DNA of 61,605 nucleotides from Perkinsus olseni (Eukaryota): NCBI GenBank assembly GCA_013115125.1, contig JABANN010000148.1, positions 1 to 61,605 of the forward strand, read 5' to 3'. Shown piece by piece: positions 1 to 11,545 of this stretch (position 1 is its first letter; each line of letters starts with the position of its first letter). The notes under the pieces were generated by a model. It saw only the letters and a program-made list of their open reading frames with translations, ran no database searches and was not told where the DNA came from. The position numbers and the translations under genes were made by a program.

Positions 1-39
1 GTCCGATCTCTACTTCGTACCGGGAAAACCCGGCCACCC

Positions 40-875
40 TCACGCGACGTTGACGCGTAGAGACCTGTGAGGGTGTTTCTCAAATACGTTTGCGTGCACT
101 GTTGCACGCAGACACAAGTTAGGTAAAGGCAAGCATCTTGCGTTGAACTTGAACTCATTGCGCGCAGAAACAACCATGATCATGCTGATAACGAGTGTAC
201 GGCATGCGATTGGACTTATCGTACAGAATTCTCTGGTCGATAGCTGCAGCGTAGTGATGTAAACAGCTCCCATGCTATCCGTCACTGTTCTTCCCTCCTC
301 TGTGCCGACGCTGTCATCCGTCCACTATAGGCTACTGTAACGAGTGTTAGCGACCCATGCTGATTATGTTGGCAGTTGCGATCTCGAGTACGGCATTGGT
401 GTCTCGGCTGGCTTGCTGCTGGATATAAGGTAAACGGATATTCCCAACCCGCCCGAAACCCGATGAAGACCTGGCTGTATACAGCTCATCTGGAGGAGTC
501 TTGAGCGTCTCACTTTGACTTGGCGCTCCGACCATCGTTTGCGAGCCTCGGCCGTGTAGAAACTGGATCATGCAGCGGTCGCAAAAGTATAATGACTTCG
601 GGGGCGGCATTTCCCTCCATCGCGCGCATTTTTCTCATGGTGAACATGCGAGACCATTCTAATTCATTCACTGTTCTCTCTCTGTAAACTTGTGTTACCA
701 GTGTCAATATACTGGTCACCTCGCCCTCGTCGATGCATCGGCGCATGATACTCTCCACAACAGTGTCAGTGGTTTGCGTGGGTCTGATGCCTGCCGGACG
801 CCGAGAAACTACGCCAGGTGGAGAGAGAACGACAGCCAAAAAGAGGAGGACACTACAGCAGCAACGGGAAGGCAT
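40..875 (-). CDS. Hypothetical multi-exon protein with predicted signal peptide; probably continues past the window start
   Basis: ORF 510..875 starts MPSRCCCSVLLFLAVVLSP (hydrophobic leader). Successive minus-strand ORFs (347..610, 40..285) are separated by GT-AG-like gaps. No family recognised. Confidence 0.35.
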
Positions 876-1017
876 GGAAGAGCTGATAGGTAGTACCAGC
901 TAGAGCTGAGTTACGAAGACCCCTCAGCGATTCACTCAGCGTAGAGCTTTCACGTCTCCCGAATAATCTCCGTGGTGATCGGAACTATTACCACTGCTGG
1001 CAGGCCGTAAGATATCC

Positions 1018-4000
1018 ATGAGAGTGGGCAGCAGAGTCCATAATGGATCCATCAGAGGGGTAGTGCTTTATGAAAGGGAGCATCTACTTGATGTTATCTG
1101 GGACGTAAGAAGCATGCCGAGGCGTTGTGAGGGCAGTGGCTCTTATCAGGATGGTGATGTAGAGCTGATGCCACACCACACAGCTCGGGGCTGCCTCCTC
1201 TCCGAAGCCTCGTCAGAAGGTAGCCCCGCTCAGGATACAGAGGGGCAGGCTACTACTACGGGGAAGAGCACTCGAGCCACTTCAACGGGAGTCAAGAAGG
1301 GACGGTTGAAGGGCAGGCAGCCCCGGGACAGGACCAAGCAGAGCGAGCCATCACCGAAGCCCCCCAGCCCGAGTTCAATAGATGGTAGCCTCAAAGCGAG
1401 AGCGTTCCCTTGGGAATGGCCGCTTGTCAGAAGCAGCCCCATCCAGCCTTCAGCCGAGTACTTCGAACAAGTCAGCGGGGACTTCAGGCAGAGTGGTGCT
1501 CGTGAAGGCTCATCACAAGAGTCGAAAGACAGCAGCCTCGGAATGCCTCCTGCCTGAACTATTCATCGCTCGCGACCCCAGGCAACTCACCTGTGAACCT
1601 TCACGTGAGCTTCACCGCTTTCGTCGCATCCGAACCACAAGCTTCCGCAGGCATCTCTGAGGGCCCACGCTCCTGGCTGTCCGAGGATGAAGACACAACG
1701 CTCGCACTAAGACGCGTGTCACATGCTCATTCCCTGGACCAGATGGACCTGTGGCCCTCGGTTCTCAGAGCACTGCTGAGGTTCACCCTCGGCACCCACG
1801 AGATGGCATTTGCTGACTATTCGTGTATCCTACAGCTGCAGCAGAGAATAAGCACCTCCCTCGAGGAGGGGCCTCATATCCCGGCAGAGTTACTAACATC
1901 AGTACAGTATCTATGCGTACTTGCGATCGAGGTCGCGGAATTGACAAGTGCCTCCGCAAAGTTTTCAATACGCCACGAATTGGGCTACGGCGACTACCTC
2001 CTCAATAGAGTGGTTAGGACGGGAGAGGAGGGCCATGCCTTGCATGCGACTTCCTTATGGTTCGATGGTCCAGAAGGATGTAAGGGGTGCCAGTAGCTGC
2101 GTAGGGGAGGCGTCCTTGGCAGTCACAACGCAGGAGGCTTGCCGAGCATTCGAGCGAAGGCTGGTGCTCGACAGTGAAGACCACCATCATGATGACGATG
2201 ATGAAATAGTGTCGCCCACAAACAGGCCTAACCCTGAGCTGATCATGGGGAGAGTGGTAAGCAACAAAGCAGTTTATCGACCTCAAAGGAGGACGGTTGT
2301 TGTAGTTGGACCGGCTGCCGGCAGATGGAGCCTTCAAGCCGCTGTCCAAGCCTGTCAACGATCTTACTCGCGTCGAAGTGCCCCACAGCCCACTGGACTA
2401 CACTCTAGTGGTGGACTCGTGCCAAGACGCTGCACTGAGACGGTAGGAGATGCTGGGGGTGTGTACAGTGAGTCGGTGGAATTCAGGTATGTTCGTCGTA
2501 GCCACGATTTTATGCCATCGAGTGAGGAGAAGACCATCAAGCATTCTCTACGGGATTTGCGAAGCTTCGTGAAGCGGAAGACAGCGCCGCGGCGATACAC
2601 AGAGGCGCCAGGAGCAGCAGCCGACCCAGAGACCTATCTTAGAGACCTGGCCCTTACCAATGGAGGGATTATGAACATCAGCAGCGTCACGGCAGGTAAC
2701 GCCAGGGTAACCCAGAGGAGATGGAACGTCGAGGATCAGTTTCGCAAGTCAACCCTATGCGTTCGAAGATATTTGTCCGCTGTCGGTAGCCCCCATTCGA
2801 GCGTGTCATTTGCTGCTGTAGGGTGTACGTCAAGGCCTCAGGCAGTCCTGTTCAAGGCTCTGTGTGATGCTAACGGGATAGCTTGCCGTCTAGTAAGGAT
2901 ACTCCTAAGTGAGCCTGTGGTACATGGTCTCGGAGAATAGGTACGACAAAAGACTGGCGAGTACTATAACAGTGTTCTCATCCGGGATCGGTCAATTGGC
3001 GACGATGAGCTTTCTGATGCCGGGGAGCTCGAAGACGATGCGTTACAGGATGTAAGATATGCCTTTTTGCCGGGGACTTCGCAAAGAGTTGCGTAGCAGG
3101 GACACCCGCTGATGGCCTTCACTGATGATGACGAGGAGGATGAAGACGACTCTGATTTCGAGGCGCCAAGTGTCACGTCAGGCGAGAGCGGTGCTGATGA
3201 TGATGGGAGTGCCACACATAAAGTCCTAGAGACTGTGTGTCCTGTCCTGTGGCCTCCTAGTGTCGGAGGTACTACTACTGCCTGCACGCTTCTGTTATTG
3301 CCGCTCATTCTCGTGTAGATACACCCTCGCCGTCACCAGCGAGCTCGCCAGAATCGTCACTGGACGTCTTCAGTGGGGTCCAAGAAGCCTGTAAGCATCC
3401 ACTGGACAGGCTTATCACGGGTAAGGGAAGGAGTGGTACGGAGTTCTCGCCATTGCACGGCCTTTAGACGCTGGCTCAGCAACTTCAAGGCGGTCGCTTG
3501 ACCTCGATAAGTATTTTGAATACACAACGAGGATCGGCAAGGTAGGCCCGTTGGCGGGTGTCGGTCGGTATTTTCGTGGCGCGCGGTCAGGGATCTTTCG
3601 GAGAGGTCTGGCGAGTAAAACTGATACCATCGGAAGAGCATACCGATTGTGAAGCGCTGCTGGCCCATCCCAGTGGCAGTGGGGAATATGCCCTTAAGAT
3701 GGTCCCAGAGGCCCACATTGATGAGGAGGAAGGGGAGGTATCACCGACCGTCACCGACGGTGGATCGCCGATGCACGTGGCCTCAGTTGATGCGTCTATA
3801 CTGCTCCTCCGGCCATCCCTGCATTACGGAGGTCCTCACAGTCTTCTACGGTCACCAACGACTGCCTTCTCGTCGAAAGGGAAGCCATCATGTTGAGCGC
3901 TTCTGGTGCTGCCTTATGACGGCTGAGGATACCAGCCTCGAAGTTTTGCTCAAGTCGAGGGACAAGTAAGCGCCCCTCCCAGGAGGCCTCAGTGTTGATG

Positions 4001-5039
4001 CCCCTTAAAATCCTGCAGTCTCCTGAGCTTCGTGATGGGGTCTAGGGGTCGTTCAGTAAACTAGTTCTCAAAATCAGAATCGATTCTGGATCCGCATTTT
4101 ACGTGTAAAAATGAATTCGAGAATCTGAGTTTCAGAAGTACTTCATTGAACGAAGCGCTTGAGAACAGCAAGATTTCACCTAGATACGTACGGAAGCGTT
4201 ACACGGCTTCACCAGGCGCCACTGATGAGGAAGCTGAGGAAGGCTCTGCCGCCTCCCCTCCCTCGGAGGAAGTGCCTGTCCTATTGGATTTGCGATTCAC
4301 TTTCCGCCTTCTCATCGACACCGCCTTCGCCATGATGTTCCTGCATACCAGTACCAACAACAGGGTAAGGCAACCGGCCTCCTACGGCCATCACCTTACC
4401 CCTCCCTGCAGAGCTACGTCCTTCATCGGGATCTCAAGCCTGCCAACATCCTCCTAAGTAAACTGCCCACCACTGAGAGTTTCATCTATCGAGGTGGGCG
4501 GGGGGGTCGCCAAGGTCTCCCCTCACCTTTCGCCTCAGCCCGCCTTACCGACTTCGGCGTGGCACGAGCTGACCCTGGTCAAGACACTAACATGACCATC
4601 GGCCTCGGTAGGGCAGGAGAAATTGCTAGTCACGAGACCCTGCCTTGTCAGGCACGGAAGGCTACATCGCTCCCGAACAGCACAGCATTGAATACGACAG
4701 GCCCGCTGACGTCTGGAGCTTCGGGGTCACTCTATCGAGGATATGCGGACTTGATTCTTGGAGAGATGTGGCCGTCTCGACACGCCCTCAGACGGGCCGA
4801 CAACTGCTGTTGAAGTCAACCGAACCCGTGGTGAAGTTCCCACCTGCAGCGGACCCTTTCCTCTGCGACCTCTGCTTGCAGTGCCTTAGCCGGCAGCCCT
4901 TGAAGCGGCCGACCTTTCGGGAGATCTACCGGTCTCTCCTTACTGAGTAGGTCAGCGACAGTATGCGTACCCTTCACACTCCCACTGTAGGTACGTCAAA
5001 CGTGAGTTATCAATACTGTCATCAGCAACAAGTGCTTGA
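1018..5039 (+). CDS. Tyrosine-kinase-like (Raf/CTR1/EDR1-type) protein kinase with EDR1-like domain, multi-exon
   Basis: EDR1-like RPQAVLFKALCDANGIACRL|VRQKTGEYYNSV (about 2833-2980). Kinase motifs GQGSFGEVW, ALK, LHRDLKPANILL (about 4421-4456), ARLTDFG across intron 4494-4538, GTEGYIAPE across intron 4608-4651, DVWSFG, RPTF. Start codon uncertain; last exon ends TGA 5039. Confidence 0.85.
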
Positions 5040-5135
5040 ATATTTACTTCTTTCACTTTTCACTCTACCTCCGTGTGCTGAGTTGACTACCAACACAACC
5101 CGACCGTCTTCACGAGAAAGATGGCATGCCCGGAT

Positions 5136-5932
5136 TCACTCTTCCGCGACCTGAGGGTCCGCCTTACCGCCTCTTGTCGGCGTCCTGTCAACCCTCGCTG
5201 GCTTCATCGCAGACTCCCGCTTGCCGATGCTTCCTAATAGACCATACACGGGTACTACTGCGTCGGGTCGTTCCCATGGTTTAATAGTAATAACCAACTC
5301 ATCGTCAACCCTACGACGGTCGGGCAGGCGACCCCGAGGCTTCTCTTTAGTCACCACCGTCTGCCGTCGTCGCTTCATAAATTTCTTATAGAACTCATCC
5401 TCGCTATCTGAGCTGCTTTCTGACGGCGGCGCCTCTTGAGGTATGGGAGGAGGAACCCCTCTCGAGAAGGACGGCCGCGGGACGACTGCAGGGAGTCGCC
5501 CCTCCGAGCCGACTCTGGTGGGCGGCAGCCTCTTATCTAACAAAGGCGCGCTGAGCCGAACGGCGTTTTTAGGAGGTCCACCATCCCACCTACAGTGGGA
5601 GCTTCTCCGAGGATATCTGTGCACCCGAGGGGGCGAGGCCTTCTTATCGATGCAGGCGAAGCTTTTGACTGCTACAGTGGGGGGTGTTCGAGTGACGAAG
5701 TGCCGGGGCTTCACCCTGGCCAGACCCGCGACAATCCGGGGATCCTGAGCACACTCTGATGGTCCCTGATCCACTCATTCTACGGCCTAATAGAGGCAGG
5801 CCTATCGAGCACTACATTCTTCCCCTTGCTGCCTTTCCCTCGATCGATGACCTCAATGCGACGCTGCCGTGAGTCATGCAGATGCTGTGACGAGCCTCGG
5901 ATGAGAAGGGACGGTGCATTGGGAAGCGACAT
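5136..5932 (-). CDS. Hypothetical Pro/Arg-rich protein
   Basis: 212-aa ORF 5136..5774 plus a probable upstream exon starting MSLPNAPS at 5932. No family recognised. Confidence 0.4.
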
Positions 5933-6050
5933 AACAACCTCAGCCACGGGCGCGTTCACTCTGAGCTTCTGTAAGCAACAACCTTGGTATCGGAAACGAT
6001 CACTTGCAATGTATGCAGGAACATAAACTTCTGGCCTTGCTGCTACTACT

Positions 6051-7443
6051 CTAGGGATTCCGGACCACTCCGACCTTGGCGGCGCGCAGTATCTGAGAAA
6101 AAGGAATCTTCTTCCCAGTGCGATGGTACGACCTTACCCTGTCGTAGATCTTGTAGCCTGGCTGAACCACATGAGCAACCTCACCGGTCTCCTTATCAGC
6201 GAAGGGGAATTCGAATAACGCCTGATCGTGAGAGAGTTCCAGCGGAGCCGAGGTGAGAGGGACAAGACCGACCTCATGCCTGTTGGGATCGAAGGCTTGC
6301 CCCATAGGGTCCTCCTTGGTTATACCATTATCGGCGAATACCTTCTGTAGGATGGTATCGGCCTCGTTGACCTTCTTGTAGATGGCTGCGAGGTCCTTGC
6401 ATTGAGCGCGATCCTCTGAAAGTGTAGGAGGAGCCGTCACGTTGTATAATGAAGTGCTGATTGAGTGAAGAGTCTCATAGACGTTCGCGGTATGCAATAC
6501 GGCATATATCACCCAAATCGAATACTACTCTATATCGATTAGGAGGGAGACTACTACGGTAATACTTCAATGCTCGTCCGTTGGAAGAGGGGTCAGACGA
6601 CCCCTCCTCCAAAGAAGAGGGTACCCCTCTTCCAACGATCGAACATTGAAGGAGTCAGACGAGTACCCGTCATGTTTATGAATAGACGATCAATAGCAAG
6701 GCGGGGATCTTCCGAACCCATAGCGACGCTGTCGAAACATGCCCAGATAGACTCACCATCAGTGATGGATGCTTTGGCCCTATCAATATTGTCCGCCACG
6801 TCCAACATGTCCTTGGCCATCTTGCTGATAGCAAACTTCGAAGCGTTTTCCATCTACACCCAAGGGAAAAGAAATCGCCAGCCCTGCTTCTCGGTTACCG
6901 ACTCACATTTTGGTGGTATCTTTTGGTCGCTTGATTGGCATCCTGCTTACAAGCATGGATTTTCTCCTTAATGTCACCAGTTTTCTCGTCAATCTGAGTT
7001 CAGTCATTCAGTACCATCACCAACACCATACCCAACTTTCCCTACAACGGCGATCTTCTGCTGAATCTGCATTATCTTCTCGGCATCTTCGGCAGACACA
7101 ACCTCAGGAGCAGCCTCTTTCTTCGGAGCCTCAGCAGCAGCGCTCTCTTCTGAGGGCTTAGCGGCAGTCTCCTCTCCGGCGGTAGCCTCCTCAGTTCCAG
7201 TGGTGGGCCCCTCGGCCTTCTCCGCACCACTGAGAAAACCCATATCAAACGGCTTCAAATCTCTCCAAAGCCTTCCTAAGATTACTCAGTAGTTTTATCA
7301 CCATCTTTAGCAGCGGTTTGATGAGCCTTCTTGGCAGATGCCTGACTGAAGAAGGCTCTCTGGCCTACCGCCGCCAGACACGGTGTCACACCCCTGACCC
7401 GCGCCAAAGCAAAAACTCGTTGCAAAGCCGTAGTGCTCGACAT
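6051..7443 (-). CDS. grpE: Mitochondrial GrpE (Mge1) nucleotide exchange factor, multi-exon
   Basis: ENASKFAISKMAKDMLDVADNIDRA; GITKEDPMGQAFDPNRHE|ALFE; VVQPGYKIYDR|ILRAAKVGV. Basic, Ala-rich N-terminal presequence MSSTTALQRVFALARVRG from 7443. Confidence 0.92.
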
Positions 7444-7600
7444 TAAGGAAGAAAAGTCAATCTCAGTAGTCTCCCATCAGCCCCCTCCTCCCTGACCACT
7501 GATAATGATAACTCAACCCTATATCTGACTCAGCGTCGTGCCCAGCTTGAAGCATAACGTCACCCCCCTACTATAGTGGTGGATATCGTGGAGAAACCGC

Positions 7601-8595
7601 TTAAGCCCTCTTGGCCTTGACCGCCTTCTTCTTGGCAAGCTCCGAAGCCCACTTAGCGCGCTGCTCGTTGTGGTACTCAGCCAATCTGACCTGGTACTTG
7701 GCAGCGTCCTCACGGGACTGGAGGACCTTCTTGATAGTGGTGTTGCGAATGTGCCTCTTGCGCTGAAGGGTCTGGGGAGTGATCAAGCGCTGGATCTTGG
7801 GGGCCTTGTTCTTGCGACCGGTATCCCTGCGGACGACGAACTTGCGGATGTCGTCCTCCTTGGTGAGACCGAAGAGCTTGCGGATGTGGTTGGCCCTCTT
7901 GGGTCCGAGACGACGAGGCCTGCTGTCATCAGTCAAACCGGCGATCTCAGCCTGAACAAGTACATCGTAACGAAGGTGGATGGAGGGAGACGGCATCGAC
8001 TTACGTCGCCCTTCTTGATGAGGACAAGGTTGAGGACAGCGAGGTCCTGGCCGACGATGCAGCCGCGGACGGACTTGCGCTTGCGCTCACCGGCACGACG
8101 AGGGCGGTAGCAAGACATACCCTTCTGGAAGAGGAGTCTGACACGGTTGTTGGTCTGAGGAAGAACAAAACAATCGAGAAAACGACACGAGAGCTCTGAA
8201 CACTTCCAACGACGAACTACACGAGACGATCCCCTGAGCCGTTATTATTCCCAGTAGTACCAAGACACCCTGCTTCATGGGGAAGCCCTGCTTGTCGTTA
8301 CCGCCAGAGATACGGAAAATGTAACCCTGGAACTCGTCACCGAGACTCTCGCCGGAGACTTCAGCGGAGATACCTACAGCACGACCAAATTAAATTCTAT
8401 CATCACGATGAGTCGGGCTGTGATCTAGTGCTAATACAAGACGATGAGTGGTCCAGCAGCCAACGACTAAGCAGACGGAGATGCCACCGTGAGACCCGTA
8501 TTACGCTTGTCGAAGAACGGCAAGAGCTTCTTGTCGTCATCGATATCGATGCACTTCTGCAAGCCAGTGCTGGGGTTTGAGATATTGATCTTCAT
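7601..8595 (-). CDS. RPS6: 40S ribosomal protein S6 (eS6), 4 exons
   Basis: [90 protein letters not shown]. Confidence 0.98.
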
Positions 8596-8756
8596 GGTGG
8601 CTGGGCGGGCCGACTGCACTCGGAAGGTGAGAGAGAGGCCTTTATCGATCAAACTCACAGCCCCTAGGGCGAGCGAGATACGAAAATCGCGGAGCGAAGT
8701 TTGACTTGCACCGGTGATCCGAAGGGACCCCTCCTCAATATAGTTGACAGTTGACG
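8596..8756. promoter_or_regulatory. Probable bidirectional promoter/leader region shared by RPS6 and NOP56
   Basis: Only 161 bp between divergent start codons (8595 on -, 8757 on +). Confidence 0.55.
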
Positions 8757-11192
8757 ATGAGCATCGACCTCTACTTATTGCTAGAGACGGCATCAGGCTA
8801 TGCTCTGTTCGTACGTGACCAGTACGATGAGCTTGGAAACATCGATGAGGGTGTGGTACAGACTGACAGTCTCAAGGACTTCATGAGGTGACCGGGTGCC
8901 GCTGGCCTTGGGGGGCTCGGGAAAATTGGATGAGCTGGGGAATGGCTGCCACTGATAGATTGGTCGGAGACAAATACGGCAAGAGTCTCTCCGTAGAAAG
9001 GAAAATGACGAAAAAAACGTTGAAATGGCGTATGAGACGATCCCTGTTTGCATTTAGCCTGGTAAAGCTCCGAGCCTTCCTCCCCTTCACCTCTGCCGAG
9101 GTTGCCCTGTCAAATATCAACGCCATCGTTGCTGGTAGTGTGGGTGGCATGTGGTGTTGGCGGTGGTGACGCCTCTCTTGGCCAGGCGAGTGCACTGATG
9201 AGCTGAGGGACTTCCTGTCGATGCACTTGACGACGCAGAGCAAGAAAAAGAAGAAGGCCGCTGCCTACAAGTTGGGGGTTGCCGACCCCAAGCTCGGTGA
9301 CTCTCTCAATGAGCTTGGCTTCCAGGTACGACCATATCAACCCATTGCCGTACTGACTAGTGCTCGCCTTAGGTTACCTACTCCCAGTCAGTGAGGGACA
9401 TGCTCCGTGCTTGCCGCCAGCACGTCGCCAAGATGGTCAAGATGGATGAGTCCGATCTCGACAAGGCTAGGTAGGCTTCCACCTTCTTAGCTCTGCTTCT
9501 CCCTGAGGACCACGACCCTCCCCAGATGCGGTCTCGGCCATGCTTACTCTCGTAACAAGATGCAGTTCGACCCCAACCGTCAGGATAAGCCCATCATCAA
9601 TGCCATTGCCATCCTCGATGGTCTCGACAAGAACATCAACACCTTCGCGATGCGCGTGAGGGAGTGGTAGGCCGTACCATCCGTCGCTGAAGGCACTCTA
9701 GAAGCAAACGTAGGTACTCGTGGCACTTCCCCGAGATGGCCAAGATCGTCACTGATAACGAGGTCTTCGCCAAGTTGGCCTGCCTCATCAGGCTCAAGGA
9801 CGACTTCGACTGGGATGACAGGATGTCTGAGGTACCCCACTGGCCTTCCCCCGTCCCTTCTCATGTCCTCCTCTAGGTTGTAGAGGCCTGCGGTGGTGAC
9901 GAGGAGACTGCTAAGGAGTTGGAGAAGGCCTGCCGTACTTCTATGGGTCAGGATATCGTCGAGATGGATATGGCCAATATCGAGCACTTCGCCAAGCAGG
10001 TATCCCCTTCCCGTCTAAACGTTAAACTTTCCATTCGCCCTGTGTACAGGTCATCTCCCTATCCGAGATGCGTCGCAATCTCACCGACTACCTCCACGGC
10101 AAGATGGACGTCGTCGCGCCCAACCTAGCCACCCTCATCGGCGATACCGTCGGAGCTAGGCTGATCTCCCATGCCGGGTCCCTCACGAATCTGGTATGTC
10201 GTAGCTCCCTCGCGGTGATGGCTAGCAAAAGATTCTTGATGCATATAACTTAATGAGCAAAGCAAAGGCTGAGCCAGGGATGCTGTATGATTTAGTCCAA
10301 CGCTATGCGTGGCGAATTTCGTAGGAAAACTAGGAGTGCTCCGGACGTTTTCACGCAGATGTAATCGTCCCCACAGGGCTTCTTGTGATAGGCCAAGTAC
10401 CCTGCCTCTACGGTACAAATTCTCGGAGCTGAGAAGGCACTCTTCCGTGCTCTCAAGACCAAGGGTAACACCCCTAAGTACGGTCTTATCTACAACTCTA
10501 GCTTCATCGGTAAGGCTAATCAGAAGAACAAGGGACGGATATCCAGGTATGCTCCCTGCCTTGCTTGCGCACAGCAAAGGATTTCTGTCGGCCTCGGTAG
10601 GTATCTCGCCAACAAGTGCTCTCTTGCGTCACGTATCGATTGCTTCTCCGACCAGCCCGCAGGAACCACCGAGACGTAAGTGTAACGACTGCCAATCTGG
10701 ATGGGTATTTGTCGGCTAACAGCTGCACTGTCTTCGGTGAGAAGATGCGGGACCAGGTCGAGGAGAGGCTGAGGTATCTCACCACTGAGGGAGTTAAGCC
10801 TAAGAGGAATGTCGATGTAAGTCGGTATCCACCTTGGCCACGGGCAGGGGGTTGCTGTAGGTGATGCGTGAGGCTATGAAGGAAGTTGAGGAGATCCAAG
10901 AGAACCAGAAGGAGGCCGCGGCCACTGAGGAGGCCCCTGCTGAGGAAGAGGAGGAAGAGGAGGAGGAGGTTGTGGAGAAGAAGAAGGCTAAAAAGGAGAA
11001 GAAGGAAAAGAAGGCTAAGAAGGAGAAGAAGCGTAAGCATGCTGAAGTAGAGGAAGAGGCCGAGCAAGAAGTCGAGCCTGAGGGAGAGGTGAGGAGGCGA
11101 TCATGGAGTGTCCTGGTAAGAGGTGTCTGTTGTTTCAGGAGGCTCCTAAGAAGAAGCATAAGCATAAGAAGTCTAAGAAGCATTCCGAGTAG
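8757..11192 (+). CDS. NOP56: Nucleolar protein 56 (box C/D snoRNP core), multi-exon
   Basis: [113 protein letters not shown] (NOP56 rather than NOP58 signature); KKE-rich tail. Confidence 0.95.
10203..10284 (+). ncRNA. Intronic box C/D snoRNA-like / kink-turn element in a NOP56 intron
   Basis: Box C-like GTGATGG 10215-10221, D'-like TTGA 10236-10239, C'-like TTAATGA 10250-10256, box D CTGA 10269-10272. Closing stem AGC-TCCCT-C-GC / GC-C-AGGGA-T-GCT. Host intron 10194-10391 is about 4x the usual intron length here. Confidence 0.65.
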
Positions 11193-11545
11193 ACCCTTCG
11201 GTGCTACCCTTCATAGTGCAACGATGATGCTCTTGGAGTCTTACCAACGTCAAGATTAACCCAGCGACGGTCCCCCTTCAGAATGGTCGTGAGGTCGTCG
11301 TGATCCTCCCGTCTCCATCGTCATCATCGTCTTCACTTCACGTTAACTGTTACTCTTCTATAACGATCTTAGCGGTCATTGGAGGTGTCACTACCTCCTC
11401 TTGCTGTTTCCAACGGCTGCAACGACTGCTGTTTTCGATTATTACCACCGCCTTGTGTTGTAAGTGAGGGTTGGTCAGCTCGATGCCACGATGGCCAGCA
11501 AAGGCTCAGCGAAGCCTCAAACGTGAAAGACATTCGTCGTGCCTA

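Noticed and set aside
10516-11183. Leu/Phe-rich minus-strand ORFs here and at 25504..25746, plus the poly-Leu + strand ORF 52274..52627
   Set aside because: Antisense shadows of the NOP56 KKE tail, the GTA repeat and the polyQ tract.
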